This document shows, piece by piece, positions 1-9,235 of a DNA stretch of 64,000 nt; the stretch's first letter is position 1; the number at the start of each line of letters is the position of its first letter. Source of the DNA: an uncultured Candidatus Rokubacteria bacterium (GTDB taxonomy: Bacteria > Methylomirabilota > Methylomirabilia > Rokubacteriales > DASRDR01). The notes under the pieces were generated by a model, which saw only the letters and a program-made list of their open reading frames with translations, was not told where the DNA came from and made no database searches. The position numbers were made by a program, and so were the translations under genes. The stretch spans positions 576,001-640,000 of the forward strand of contig CAWDVE010000013.1 of NCBI GenBank assembly GCA_963805625.1. The letters run 5' to 3'.

Positions 1-5
1 AGGGG

Positions 6-512
6 GTGCCGGCCGTCTCGCGCGTCGCGGTGTTCTGGAACTCGGAGAACCCGCTTCACCAACAGGTCCGTGCTGCCACCGAGGCGGCGGCCACGACGCT
101 CAAGGTCACCCTCCATTTCCTCGACGTGCGGAGACAGGACGATCTGCCGAACGCGTTCGACGCGGTGACTCGACAGCGCGCCGAGGCCCTCCTCGTGTTT
201 CCCGACGTCGTCACCCTCGCCCACCGAAAACCGATCATCGCCCATGCCGCCAGGCGCCGGCTGCCTGCCATGTATCCCTTCCGGGAGATGGTGGATGACG
301 GCGGACTGATGTGCTACGGCCCGAGCCTGGCCGAGAGTGGGCGAGCGGCCACCGACTACGTTGACAAGATCCTGAAGGGCGCGACCCCCGGGACCCTGCC
401 CATCGCCCAGGCGACGAGGTTCGACCTGCTCATCAACCTCAAGACTGCCAAGGCGCTAGGTCTGACCATCCCGCCCGCGCTCCTCCTCCGGGCCGACCAG
501 GTGATTCACTGA
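6..512 (+). CDS. ABC transporter substrate-binding protein (ABC_sub_bind type), 5'-truncated by the window edge
   Basis: The C-terminal signature 'GGLMCYGP...YVDKILKGA.PG.LPI.Q.TRFDLLINLKTAKALGLTIPPALLLRADQVI' is typical of this family. Confidence 0.9.
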   Translation: MPAVSRVAVFWNSENPLHQQVRAATEAAATTLKVTLHFLDVRRQDDLPNAFDAVTRQRAEALLVFPDVVTLAHRKPIIAHAARRRLPAMYPFREMVDDGGLMCYGPSLAESGRAATDYVDKILKGATPGTLPIAQATRFDLLINLKTAKALGLTIPPALLLRADQVIH

Positions 513-544
513 CCCGAGCCAGGCGGGGTCTGGAACGCCGGCTG

Positions 545-1237
545 TCACGCCTCGTCCATCGTGAGCTGGAGACGGTGCGCGCCGAGGACGGCGTCTGCGG
601 CGAGGCCATGGCCCGCGAGGTCGGCGGGCTTGAAGTAGCGGCCGGCGATCGCCTGGGCGAACCCGATCCCGCCCGTCTCGACGAGGAGCACCCAGGGCCA
701 CGGCTCCTCGCCCTTCGCAACCTCGCCACCCTTGAGCTTCCCCTCCGCCGTCTTCACCTGGGTCATCTCCGGAACCGTCCGCAGGAGATGCACGCCCACC
801 ACCCCGGTCTCGTCGAGGAGCGCCGCCGGCGCAGTCTCGCGAAGCCACCGCTCGGCCGCCGCCTCGCGGCCGGGCGCGGGCCGCGCCCGGAGCGTCAGGA
901 GCCCGCCCCCCTGCCCGCGCCCCGTCGTGAGGATGACCTGGCATCCGAAGCGAACGGTGTTCCGGAAGTGCGGGAGCACGCGCTTCGTCCACTCGGTGGG
1001 GAAGTTGAGCCGCAGGATGTACGCCGCGCTCCGGACGGTCTCCACGCTCTCGGTCTCGTAGATGTCGAGATACTCGCGCGGCCGGTCGGCGCTGTCGTAG
1101 CGCCGGCCGCGCAGGAAGCCCGGGATGCCGACGCGCTCCGCGACGTGCTCGCGGTCGTGCCAGCGGATCATCTCGAGGTCCCCCTCGGGAGTCATCGCGT
1201 GCCAGATGATGAGGACGCCCTGCCCGGTCAACGCCAT
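545..1237 (-). CDS. DUF4286/EthD-like (dimeric alpha-beta barrel) protein, paralogue 2
   Basis: The ATG at 1237 (MALTGQGVLIIW) overlaps the end of the upstream paralogue; motif 'WHDREH.AERVGIPGFLRGRRY...YLDIYE'. Confidence 0.75.
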   Translation of the reverse strand: MALTGQGVLIIWHAMTPEGDLEMIRWHDREHVAERVGIPGFLRGRRYDSADRPREYLDIYETESVETVRSAAYILRLNFPTEWTKRVLPHFRNTVRFGCQVILTTGRGQGGGLLTLRARPAPGREAAAERWLRETAPAALLDETGVVGVHLLRTVPEMTQVKTAEGKLKGGEVAKGEEPWPWVLLVETGGIGFAQAIAGRYFKPADLAGHGLAADAVLGAHRLQLTMDEA

Positions 1238-1935
1238 TTGGGGTCTCCTCGCTCGGGGTCGATGCTGATCTGGAGCTGATACGCGCCAACCGCGCGCAGC
1301 TCGGCGCCGTGGGCGCGGAGGCTCTCCGGCCCGAGCGGCCCCGCCCGGAGCCCGTCGAGGACCACCGCGTCGTCCGCCTCCACGAGAAGGCACCACGGCT
1401 CGACCGCGCCCCGGTCCCGGTCGCCCGGGCCGCGGAGGCGCTTCTCCTCGGTCGCGATGCTCGTGACCTCGGGCGTCGCGGCCAGCACGTGGACGGAGAC
1501 GACGCCGGTCACGTCCTGGAGCGCGGCGAGGCCGGGACCGGCCAGCGCCGTCGGCCTGTCAGCCGCCCCGCCCGCGGCCTCGAGCTGGAGGGTGAGGAGC
1601 ACGCCTCCCTGTCCGCGGCCCGCGCTCGTCGCCACCCGGTATCCCACCCGCAGCGTGTTGATGAAGTGCGGCACCACGCGGCGGGTCCAGGGCGTGGGAT
1701 CGTTCAGGCGGGCCAGGTACGGAGCGCTCCGGAGCGTCTCCACGTCCTCCACCTCGTAGAGATCGAGGTAGTCGAGCGAGCGCGCGAGGCTCCGGTAGCG
1801 CCGGCCGCGCAGGAAGCCCGGGACGCCCACCCGCTCGGGGATGTGCTCCCGGTCGTGCCAGCGCCAGTACTCCGCCTCCCCCTCCGGCGTGATCGTGTGC
1901 CAGATCGCGAGGACGCCCCGACCTAGGAGCGGCAT
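1228..1935 (-). CDS. DUF4286/EthD-like protein, paralogue 1
   Basis: 'MPLLGRGVLAIWH...YWRWHDREHIPERVGVPGFLRGRRY...YLARLNDPTPWTRRV'; visibly homologous to 545-1237. Confidence 0.8.
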   Translation of the reverse strand: MPLLGRGVLAIWHTITPEGEAEYWRWHDREHIPERVGVPGFLRGRRYRSLARSLDYLDLYEVEDVETLRSAPYLARLNDPTPWTRRVVPHFINTLRVGYRVATSAGRGQGGVLLTLQLEAAGGAADRPTALAGPGLAALQDVTGVVSVHVLAATPEVTSIATEEKRLRGPGDRDRGAVEPWCLLVEADDAVVLDGLRAGPLGPESLRAHGAELRAVGAYQLQISIDPERGDPKWR

Positions 1936-1968
1936 CCGATCCGCCTCAGCTCGGCTCGCGGCTCGGCG

Positions 1969-2946
1969 TCACGGGGCCGCGGCCTCGAGCGTCCCGCGGG
2001 CGTGGGCGGCCTCGGGCGGCCCGATCGGCCGGACGACCGGAAGCGTGGCGCCCGCCGCCCGGTACGCCTCCACCTCCGCCCGGGCGCGCCGCGCGTCCCC
2101 GATGGCGCCGAGCGCGTCGACCAGGCCGGCCGGCACGGCGTCCGCGTCACGCCCCGGGCTGCGGTCGCGGTCGAACGCGGCCAGCGCGTCGCCGAAGCCG
2201 CTCGCCCGGAACATGGTCCGGTAGTACGGCAGCGAGAGGTAGCGCACCAGCTCGTCACGGAACAGCCGCGCCGCGCCGGGGTGATCATCGGTGACGGCGA
2301 GCGGGACCGGGGCCACGATCTCGAAGCCCTCGAGCGCCTTACCGGCCCGGGCGCGCCCACGGGCGAGCGCGGGTACGACCACGTCGCGCACGTACGCCGG
2401 ACACGCGAGCCAGAGCACCACGCCGTCGGCGATTTCCCCGGCGAGCTCGAGCATCGGGGGCGCGAGGCCGGCCAGGAGCACGGGCGGCGCCGGCGCCCGG
2501 AACGCGCCGGTCCACCGGACGCGGTAGTAGCGCCCCTCGAAGAACGCCTGCCCTTCGAGCGCCGCCCGGAGGACCGTCATGTACTCGCGCATCACGGCGA
2601 GGGGCTCGCCCATGTCGAGGCCGAGGGCCCCGACCATCGACGGCCGGTGGCTCAGCCCGATGCCGAGCCGGAAGCGGCCGCCCGACAGCTCCATGAGCGT
2701 CGACGCCTCCTGCGCCATGGCGACCGGATGGCGCGGGTAGATCGGCACGACACCCGTCCCGAGCCCGATGCGCTCCGTCGCGTGCGCGTACGCCGCCAGC
2801 ACGAGAAAGCCGTCCCGCCCCAGACCGTGGGTCAGCCACACGCTGTCGTAGCCGAGCGTCTCCGCGCGGTGCGCGAGGTCGGTCGCGGTCGCGAGGCGGT
2901 CGCGGGGAGAGAGGTAAGCACCGAGGCGTCGCGCGGAACCGGTCAC
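1969..2946 (-). CDS. LLM-class (luciferase-like) flavin/F420-dependent oxidoreductase
   Basis: 'AETLGYDSVWLTH', 'TERIGLGTGVVPIYPRHPVAMAQEASTL..LSGGRFRLGIG', 'MLELAGEIADGVVL'. Confidence 0.9.
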   Translation of the reverse strand: MTGSARRLGAYLSPRDRLATATDLAHRAETLGYDSVWLTHGLGRDGFLVLAAYAHATERIGLGTGVVPIYPRHPVAMAQEASTLMELSGGRFRLGIGLSHRPSMVGALGLDMGEPLAVMREYMTVLRAALEGQAFFEGRYYRVRWTGAFRAPAPPVLLAGLAPPMLELAGEIADGVVLWLACPAYVRDVVVPALARGRARAGKALEGFEIVAPVPLAVTDDHPGAARLFRDELVRYLSLPYYRTMFRASGFGDALAAFDRDRSPGRDADAVPAGLVDALGAIGDARRARAEVEAYRAAGATLPVVRPIGPPEAAHARGTLEAAAP

Positions 2947-2954
2947 GGCCGCCT

Positions 2955-3044
2955 AGCATAGCAGAGTCGATCGTGAGCACGGGGACGCCCCCCACTACCG
3001 ACGTCGCGGGCCGGTTGCGCCGGCGCGGAGAGGTTCGGTACCAT
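2955..3044. promoter_or_regulatory. Divergent sigma70-type promoters, both probably leaderless
   Basis: Minus strand: TGC-TATGCT (2963-2955), 8 nt before the GTG at 2946. Plus strand: TTGCGC (3015-3020)-18 nt-TACCAT (3039-3044), 7 nt before the GTG at 3052. Neither has a Shine-Dalgarno. Confidence 0.6.
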
Positions 3045-3051
3045 CGGCGCC

Positions 3052-3930
3052 GTGCTCCTCCAGCAGGCGATCAACGCGCTCACGCTGGGCAGCCTGTACG
3101 CCCTCATCGCCATCGGGCTCGCGATCACGTTCTCGATCCTCGACGTCGTCAACTTCGCCCAGGGCTCGCTCGTGATGTGGGGCGCCTATCTCGGCGTCGT
3201 CTTCGCGGTCGGCCTCGGCCTCGGGCTCTGGGTGCCCATGCTCGGCTCGATGTTCCTCGTGGGACTCCTCGGGATGCTCCTCGAGCGCACGGCGCTCCAA
3301 CCGCTCCGCGTCCGCAACGCGCCGCCGATCGCCGCGCTCCTCGCGACGCTCGGCGCGGCCACCATCCTGGACCACCTCATCCTGATCGTGTTCGGGCCCG
3401 ACACACGCGCCTTCCCGAGCCCGTTCCCGGTGCGCATGGTCGAGATCGGGGGCGCCCAGATCTCGACGCTCGAGCTGACGATCACGGGCATCGCGCTCCT
3501 GCTCCTGGTCGGGCTCCAGGCGATGCTCAGACGCACGCGCCTCGGTCTCGCGATGCGCGCCATCGCCCAGGACAGCCGGGTCGCCGGGCTCATGGGCATC
3601 GACACCAACCGGGTCGTGGCGCTCGCGTTCGGGGTGGGCGCCGCGATCGGCGGGGTCGGGGGCGTGCTCACGGGCATCTACTACAACTCGGTCGACATCA
3701 GCATGGGCTACTCGGCGGGCCTGAAGGGGTTCACCGCGATGGTGATCGGCGGCATGGGAAGCCTCCCGGGCGCGATCCTCGGCGGATTCCTGCTCGGAAC
3801 GGCGGAGACCGCCGCGACCACCGTGTTCTGGTCCGGCTACCGGGACATCGTGGCCTTCAGCCTCCTGATCCTCGTCCTCATCGTGCGGCCATCGGGGCTC
3901 CTCGGCACTCCCGAGATCCGGAAGGTCTGA
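3052..3930 (+). CDS. livH: Branched-chain amino acid ABC transporter permease LivH
   Basis: 'QQAINALTLGSLYALIAIGLAITFSILDVVNFAQG', 'LRRTRLGLAMRAIAQD', 'LKGFTAMVIGGMGSLPGA'. Confidence 0.93.
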   Translation: MLLQQAINALTLGSLYALIAIGLAITFSILDVVNFAQGSLVMWGAYLGVVFAVGLGLGLWVPMLGSMFLVGLLGMLLERTALQPLRVRNAPPIAALLATLGAATILDHLILIVFGPDTRAFPSPFPVRMVEIGGAQISTLELTITGIALLLLVGLQAMLRRTRLGLAMRAIAQDSRVAGLMGIDTNRVVALAFGVGAAIGGVGGVLTGIYYNSVDISMGYSAGLKGFTAMVIGGMGSLPGAILGGFLLGTAETAATTVFWSGYRDIVAFSLLILVLIVRPSGLLGTPEIRKV

Positions 3931-3984
3931 CCGCTGACGCGGCAACGTCTGGTCCTCGGCGCGCTGCTCGCCGCCGCGCTCCTC

Positions 3985-4929
3985 GTGCCCGCGGTCGTCC
4001 GGTCGCCCTACGTGCTCCACGTAGCCGTGCTGGCAGGGATCTACGTGATCCTGACGCTCTCGCTCAACCTCGTGACCGGATTCTGCGGCCAGTTCTCGCT
4101 CGGCCATGCGGGCTTCTACGGGATCGGTGCCTACACCGCCGCCATCCTCGCCGTGAACTGGGGGAGCCCGTTCGTCCTGAACCTCGCGGCGGCGGCCGGC
4201 GCCGCCGGCGCCGCCGGATTCCTGATCGGCCTCCCGACCCTGCGGCTCGGCGGCATCTACCTGGCGATGGCGACGCTCGGGTTCGGCGAGATCATCCACC
4301 TGATCCTCCTGAACTGGCTCGGGGTCACCCGGGGCCCGCTCGGCATCCCCGCCATCCCCGGCCCCGCCGTCTTCGGAGTCGACCTCGGGACGCCGGCCCG
4401 CCAGTACTACGTCGTGCTGGCGCTCGTCGTGATCGCGACCGTCGTCGTCTCCCGGCTCGTGGACTCGGGCTTCGGCGAGGCGATCCAGGCCATCCGCGAG
4501 GACGAGGTCGCGGCCGAGGCCCTGGGCGTCCCCACCACCCGCCTGAAGGTGGTGACCTTCACGCTGTCGGCCGCGCTCGCGGGGGTCGCAGGCGCGTTCT
4601 TCGCCCACTACGCGACGTTCGTGAGCCCCGGCTCGTTCACCCTCATCGAGTCGATCCTCGTTCTCTCGCTCCTCGTCTTCGGCGGCATGGGGAGCGTCGA
4701 GGGCTCGATCGCGGGCGCGGTGGTCCTGACGGTGGCGCCCGAGGTGTTCCGGTTCCTCGCGGAGTACCGCATGGTGATCTACGGCGCGATCCTGCTGGGT
4801 CTGATCCTCTTCCGGCCGCAGGGGCTCCTCGGCGGATTCTCGCTCGGCCTCACCCGGCGACCACAGGCCGCCACAGGCCGCCACAGGCCGCCACAGGCCG
4901 AAGGCCGTCCGATGAAGACCGTCCGATGA
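3985..4929 (+). CDS. livM: Branched-chain amino acid ABC transporter permease LivM (start may be the CTG at 3934)
   Basis: 'LSLNLVTGFCGQFSLGHAGFYGIGAY', 'LRLGGIYLAMATLGFGE', 'AIREDEVAAEALG'. Confidence 0.92.
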   Translation: MPAVVRSPYVLHVAVLAGIYVILTLSLNLVTGFCGQFSLGHAGFYGIGAYTAAILAVNWGSPFVLNLAAAAGAAGAAGFLIGLPTLRLGGIYLAMATLGFGEIIHLILLNWLGVTRGPLGIPAIPGPAVFGVDLGTPARQYYVVLALVVIATVVVSRLVDSGFGEAIQAIREDEVAAEALGVPTTRLKVVTFTLSAALAGVAGAFFAHYATFVSPGSFTLIESILVLSLLVFGGMGSVEGSIAGAVVLTVAPEVFRFLAEYRMVIYGAILLGLILFRPQGLLGGFSLGLTRRPQAATGRHRPPQAEGRPMKTVR

Positions 4930-4954
4930 GGCCGTCCGATGAAGGCCGTCCGAT
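4861..4954. repeat. Compound minisatellite: (CCACAGGCCG)x4 followed by about 4 copies of GAAGGCCGTCCGAT
   Basis: Four exact 10-mers at 4861-4900, then 13-14-bp units at 4900-4954 spanning the livM stop codon. Confidence 0.9.
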
Positions 4955-4972
4955 CAACGCCGGTGTCGTCCA

Positions 4973-5740
4973 ATGAGTGAGACGGTCCTCGAGGTGCGCG
5001 ACCTCTCCGTCCGGTTCGGCGGCATCCGCGCCGTCTCGAGCGTCTCGCTGGCGGTGGGCGCGGGCGAGATCCTCTCGATCATCGGCCCGAACGGCGCCGG
5101 CAAGACCACCATTTTCAACGTCGTCACGGGCCTCTACCGGCCAACCGCCGGCGAGGTGCGCCTCCGGGGCCGCCCGATCTCCGCCCTCCCGCCCCACGCG
5201 CGCGCCCGGATGGGCGTCGCCCGGACCTTCCAGAACATCCGCCTCTTCCGCGACCTCACGGTCGGCGAGAACGTGCGCGTCGCGCGGTACGGACGGGCGC
5301 GGACCGGCCTCGTGGGCGCGCTCCTCAGAACGCCCGGGTTCCGCCGCGACCGCGGCGAGACGGACGCGAGGGTGGAGGCCCTGCTGGACGGCGTCGGGCT
5401 CCGGGGCCGGGGCGGCGAGCTGGCCCGCAACCTCCCCTACGGCGACCAGAAGCGCGTCGAGCTGGCGCGCGCGCTCGCGGCCGAGCCGAGCGTGCTCTTG
5501 CTCGACGAGCCGGCGGCGGGGATGAGCACCGGGGAGGCGGACGCGCTGATGGCGCTCATCCGGGGCCTCCGCGACCAGGGCCTCGCCATCCTGCTCGTGG
5601 AGCACCACATCCGGGTGGTCATGGGTGTCTCCGACCGCGTCGTCGTGCTGAACCACGGCGAGCTCATCGCCGAGGGCCCGCCGGCGGCGGTCCGCCGCGA
5701 CCCGGCGGTCATCGCCGCGTACCTGGGAGAGGGCGCGTGA
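4973..5740 (+). CDS. livG: ABC transporter ATP-binding protein LivG
   Basis: Walker [10 protein letters not shown]; 'RTFQNIRLF', '[15 protein letters not shown]', 'LLLDEPAAG'. Confidence 0.93.
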   Translation: MSETVLEVRDLSVRFGGIRAVSSVSLAVGAGEILSIIGPNGAGKTTIFNVVTGLYRPTAGEVRLRGRPISALPPHARARMGVARTFQNIRLFRDLTVGENVRVARYGRARTGLVGALLRTPGFRRDRGETDARVEALLDGVGLRGRGGELARNLPYGDQKRVELARALAAEPSVLLLDEPAAGMSTGEADALMALIRGLRDQGLAILLVEHHIRVVMGVSDRVVVLNHGELIAEGPPAAVRRDPAVIAAYLGEGA

Positions 5741-5821
5741 GGCATGCGCCGAGCGCCGTCGCCGCCCGCGCGCGGCGTTCCCGGAGGACAATGAGCCGGT
5801 GAGCGACTGGGTCAGCGAGCC

Positions 5822-6271
5822 ATGAGCGCGACAACCTGGGCGCTCGCGTGGATCGCGGCGGGGGCGACGACGCTCTTCGCGGGCGGGGCCCTCTACGTGA
5901 GCCTGGTCGAGCACCCGGCGCGCCTCCTCACGGGGCCGCCGATGGCGGTCGCCCAGTTCCGGATGAGCTATCCCCGCGGCGCGCGGCTCCAGGGCGGGCT
6001 GGCGGTGCTGGGGGCCCTGGCGGCGATCGGCGCGTGGCTCGGCGGCGCCCGGATCGGCTGGCTCGCGGCCGGCCTGCTCCTCGGCCTGGTCGTGCCGTAC
6101 ACGCTGGTGGTCATCCTCCCGACCAACAAGCGCCTGCTCGACCGCGCGCTGTCCCCCGACGCGCCCGAGGCGCGGCAGCTCCTCCGCCGCTGGACCGCAC
6201 TTCACGCGGTGCGCACCGTCTTGAGTCTCGCCGCCGCGGCGGCCATGGCGCACCTCCTGGCCCACGGATGA
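5822..6271 (+). CDS. DUF1772 (anthrone oxygenase-like) membrane protein
   Basis: 'LFAGGALYVSLVEHPAR...YTLVVILPTNKRLL...LLRRWTALHAVRTVLS'. Confidence 0.8.
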   Translation: MSATTWALAWIAAGATTLFAGGALYVSLVEHPARLLTGPPMAVAQFRMSYPRGARLQGGLAVLGALAAIGAWLGGARIGWLAAGLLLGLVVPYTLVVILPTNKRLLDRALSPDAPEARQLLRRWTALHAVRTVLSLAAAAAMAHLLAHG

Positions 6272-7020
6272 GTGCGCCCCACGGCGAGGGACCCGGCGCC
6301 CCGGCCTCGGTCCCCCACCTCGAGATCCGGGCGCTCGCCGTCCGGTACGGGGCGATCCGCGCCGTTCACGACGTGTCCCTCGAGGTGCGGCACGATGAGA
6401 TCGTCACGCTCGTGGGATCGAACGGCGCGGGGAAGTCGTCGACGCTCAATGCGATCGCGGGCTTGGTGCACCCCGCCACCGGCGAGATCCGCCTCGCGGG
6501 AGCCCGGGTCGACGGCAGGCCGCCCTGGGAGCTCGTCGCGCGCGGCGTGAGCCTCACCCCCGAAGGCCGGCAGGTCTTCCCGCGCTTCACCGCCGAGGAG
6601 AACCTGGCCGTCGGCGCCTACGCCCGCCGCGACCGGGCCGGCGTGGCGGACGACCTCGAGCGCGTGTTCGCCCTGTTCCCGGTGCTGCGGGAGCGCCGCC
6701 AGCAGCCGGCGGGGACGCTCTCCGGCGGCGAGCAGCAGATGCTCACCATCGGGCGAGCGCTCATGGCACGCCCGCGGCTTCTCCTCCTGGACGAGCCGTC
6801 GCTCGGGCTCGCGCCCCTGATGGCCCGCCAGATCTTCCAGACCATCGCCGAGATCCGTCGCCAGGGGGTGACCGTCCTCCTCGTCGAGCAGAACGTCCAT
6901 CTCGCGTTCACCGTCGCGGATCGCGCCTACGTCATGGAGACCGGGCGGGTGCGCCTTCAGGGCACGCCGGCCGAGCTCTCCCGCGACGAGGCGATCGTCC
7001 GCACTTACCTGGGAGGCTAG
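6268..7020 (+). CDS. livF: ABC transporter ATP-binding protein LivF
   Basis: ATGA overlap at 6268; GSNGAGKSS, 'PEGRQVFP', 'LSGGEQQMLTIGRALM', 'LLLDEPSLGLAP'. Confidence 0.93.
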   Translation: MSAPHGEGPGAPASVPHLEIRALAVRYGAIRAVHDVSLEVRHDEIVTLVGSNGAGKSSTLNAIAGLVHPATGEIRLAGARVDGRPPWELVARGVSLTPEGRQVFPRFTAEENLAVGAYARRDRAGVADDLERVFALFPVLRERRQQPAGTLSGGEQQMLTIGRALMARPRLLLLDEPSLGLAPLMARQIFQTIAEIRRQGVTVLLVEQNVHLAFTVADRAYVMETGRVRLQGTPAELSRDEAIVRTYLGG

Positions 7021-7024
7021 CCGC

Positions 7025-8021
7025 ATGTCCGACCGATCCGATCGAGCTGATCGACACCAGGTCCTCTACTGGAATCGCGCCACCCCCGAGCTCTACGCCG
7101 TCATCCGCGAGCAGGCGCCTCCCGAGCTCGAGCCGGTGTTCATCGAGACGGAGGACCCCGCCGAGGCGCGCGGCAAGCTCGCCCGGGCGGAGTTCCTCAT
7201 CATCGCCGACTGGGCGCTCGGCCCGGCCGATCTCGAGGGCGCGCCTCGCCTCCGCATGGTCCAGCACCAGGGCGTCGGCTACGAGCGCATCGACACGCAA
7301 GCCCTGGCCGCCCGGAAGATCCCCCTCTGTCTCTGCCCCGCCGGCACCGCCACGGGCGTGGGCGAGCACACCATGACGCTCATCCTCGCCGTCCTGAAGC
7401 AGGTCGTGCGCGCGCACAACGCCCTCGTCCAGGGCAAGTGGCTCCAGTGGACGCTCCGGCCGCTGACGCGCGACCTCGAGGGGAAGACCCTCGGGCTCTT
7501 CGGGTTCGGCCGGACGGGGCGCGCCACGGCCCAGCGGGCGCTCGGCTTCGGGGTGCGGATCCTCGCCTGCGACCCCTACATCACGCTCACGCCCGAGGAG
7601 CGCGCCCGGTACGGCGGGCATCGAGCTGGTCTCGCGCGAGCGGCTCCTCCGTGAGTCGGACGTCGTGGTCTGCCACGTGCCCTTGACCGACGAGACGCGC
7701 CACATGGTGAACCGGGCGTTCCTCGGCCAGATGAAGCCGAGCGCGTACCTGATCAACATCTCGCGCGGCGGCGTCGTGGACCAGGATGCGCTCGTCGAGG
7801 CCCTCCGGGAGCGCCGCATCGCCGGCGCCGGGCTCGACGTCTTCACGCCCGAGCCGCTCGCGCCCGGGCATCCCCTCACCACCCTCGACAACGTCGTGCT
7901 CACCCCGCACGTGGGCGCGGGAACGCTCGACGCCTTCCGCACGAAGATGCGGTTCGCGATGGGCAACATCCAGCGCGTCGTCCAGGGAGAGCCGCCGCTC
8001 GAGCGCGTCCCCGGCACCTGA
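7025..8021 (+). CDS. D-2-hydroxyacid dehydrogenase (SerA/GyaR-like), split by a frameshift near 7615
   Basis: The N half has 'GVGYERID' and 'GLFGFGRTG'; the C half, in another frame, has 'SDVVVCHVPLTDETRHM..LINISRGGVVD..GLDVF..EP..LTPHVG'. Confidence 0.85.
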
Positions 8022-8063
8022 CGGGCGGTCGCGGAGATCGCCCTGCCATCGCTCGCCGGCATC

Positions 8064-8777
8064 TTGCTCCTGCTCGCCGCCGCCTTCCCCGCGGCCGTGG
8101 CCGGGGGCGCGCTCGGCTTCGGGACCGGGCTCGTCATGCTGCCGCTCGTCGTCTGGGTGGTGGGCGTGCGCGCGAGCGTCCCGGTCCTGACGATCGCCCT
8201 CATCGTGGGCAACGTCTCGCGCGCGTGGTTCAGCCGGGACGAGCTCGACTGGCGTGTGATCGGGGCTTACCTCCTGGGCGCGGTGCCGCTCGCGGTGATC
8301 GGCGCCGTGCTCTACACGGCGACCCCGCCCGAGTGGCTCTCGCGCCTCATGGGGCTCGTGCTGCTCCTGGCAATCCCGCTCCACCGCTGGCTCGGGCGAG
8401 GTCCCCGCCGGATGCGGCTCCAGCACTTCCCGCTGCTCGGCGCGGGGACCGGTCTCCTGTCGGCCCTCGTGGCCGCCACCGGCCCCGTCAACATGCCCTT
8501 CTTCCTCGGCTACGGGCTCCGCCGCGGGGCATTCATCGGGACGGAGGCCGTGTGCGCCGCGGCCGTCCATCTCACCAAGACCGCGATCTACGGCCGCTAC
8601 GCCCTCGTGACCCCCGAGACCGGCGCGCTCGGCCTCGCGATGGGCGCGGTCATGTTCGTCGGCGCGTTCGTCGGCCGCCGGATCCTCGAGCGGATGAGCG
8701 ACCGGTCCTTCGTGCTGGCGCTCGAGGTCCTCGTCGCGGGTCTCGGCCTGCTCTTCCTCGTCCGTCCCCCGCACTAG
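8064..8777 (+). CDS. Sulfite exporter TauE/SafE family membrane protein
   Basis: Hydrophobic, with 'GALGFGTGLVMLP', 'GLLSALVAATGPVNMPFFL..GL.RGAFIGTEA'. Confidence 0.8.
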   Translation: MLLLAAAFPAAVAGGALGFGTGLVMLPLVVWVVGVRASVPVLTIALIVGNVSRAWFSRDELDWRVIGAYLLGAVPLAVIGAVLYTATPPEWLSRLMGLVLLLAIPLHRWLGRGPRRMRLQHFPLLGAGTGLLSALVAATGPVNMPFFLGYGLRRGAFIGTEAVCAAAVHLTKTAIYGRYALVTPETGALGLAMGAVMFVGAFVGRRILERMSDRSFVLALEVLVAGLGLLFLVRPPH

Positions 8778-8793
8778 ACACAGGAGGGTCCTG

Positions 8794-9192
8794 ATGACCA
8801 TCGAAGCCGGGCTGGTGGGTGAAGTCCAGATCGTGGTCCAGCCGGCCGACACGGCGGCCGCGCTCGGGAACACGGGCGTCGACGTGCTGGCCACGCCACG
8901 CCTGGTGGCGCTCCTCGAGCTCGCGGCCATCCGCGCGGTCGAGGCTCAGCTCCCGCCCGGGGCCGGGACGGTGGGGACGCGGATCGACGTCCGTCACCTG
9001 GCGGCCACGCCGGTCGGCATGCGCGCGACCATCCGCGCGACGCTCCGCGAGGTCGACGGCCGCCGCTTCGTGTTCAACATCGAGGGCCACGACGAGGTCG
9101 AGCGCATCGTCGAGGGGACGCACGAGCGGTTCCAGATCGACCCGGCGAGATTCCTCGCCCGCATCGCCGCGAAGGGCCAGCGTTCGAGCTAG
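8794..9192 (+). CDS. Hot-dog thioesterase, fluoroacetyl-CoA thioesterase FlK-like
   Basis: 'VLATPRLVALLE.AA', 'TVGTRIDVRHLAATPVG', 'GTHERF'; GGAGG RBS upstream. Confidence 0.85.
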   Translation: MTIEAGLVGEVQIVVQPADTAAALGNTGVDVLATPRLVALLELAAIRAVEAQLPPGAGTVGTRIDVRHLAATPVGMRATIRATLREVDGRRFVFNIEGHDEVERIVEGTHERFQIDPARFLARIAAKGQRSS

Positions 9193-9235
9193 CCACCCGC
9201 GGCGGTACATCACGGACGCTCGGAGAATCGAGGCG

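Noticed and set aside
4900-4954. Hammerhead-ribozyme-like 'CCGATGAGGCCG...GAAGGCC' text
   Set aside because: It lacks the CUGAUGA and GAAA cores and the closing stems; it is explained as a tandem repeat.
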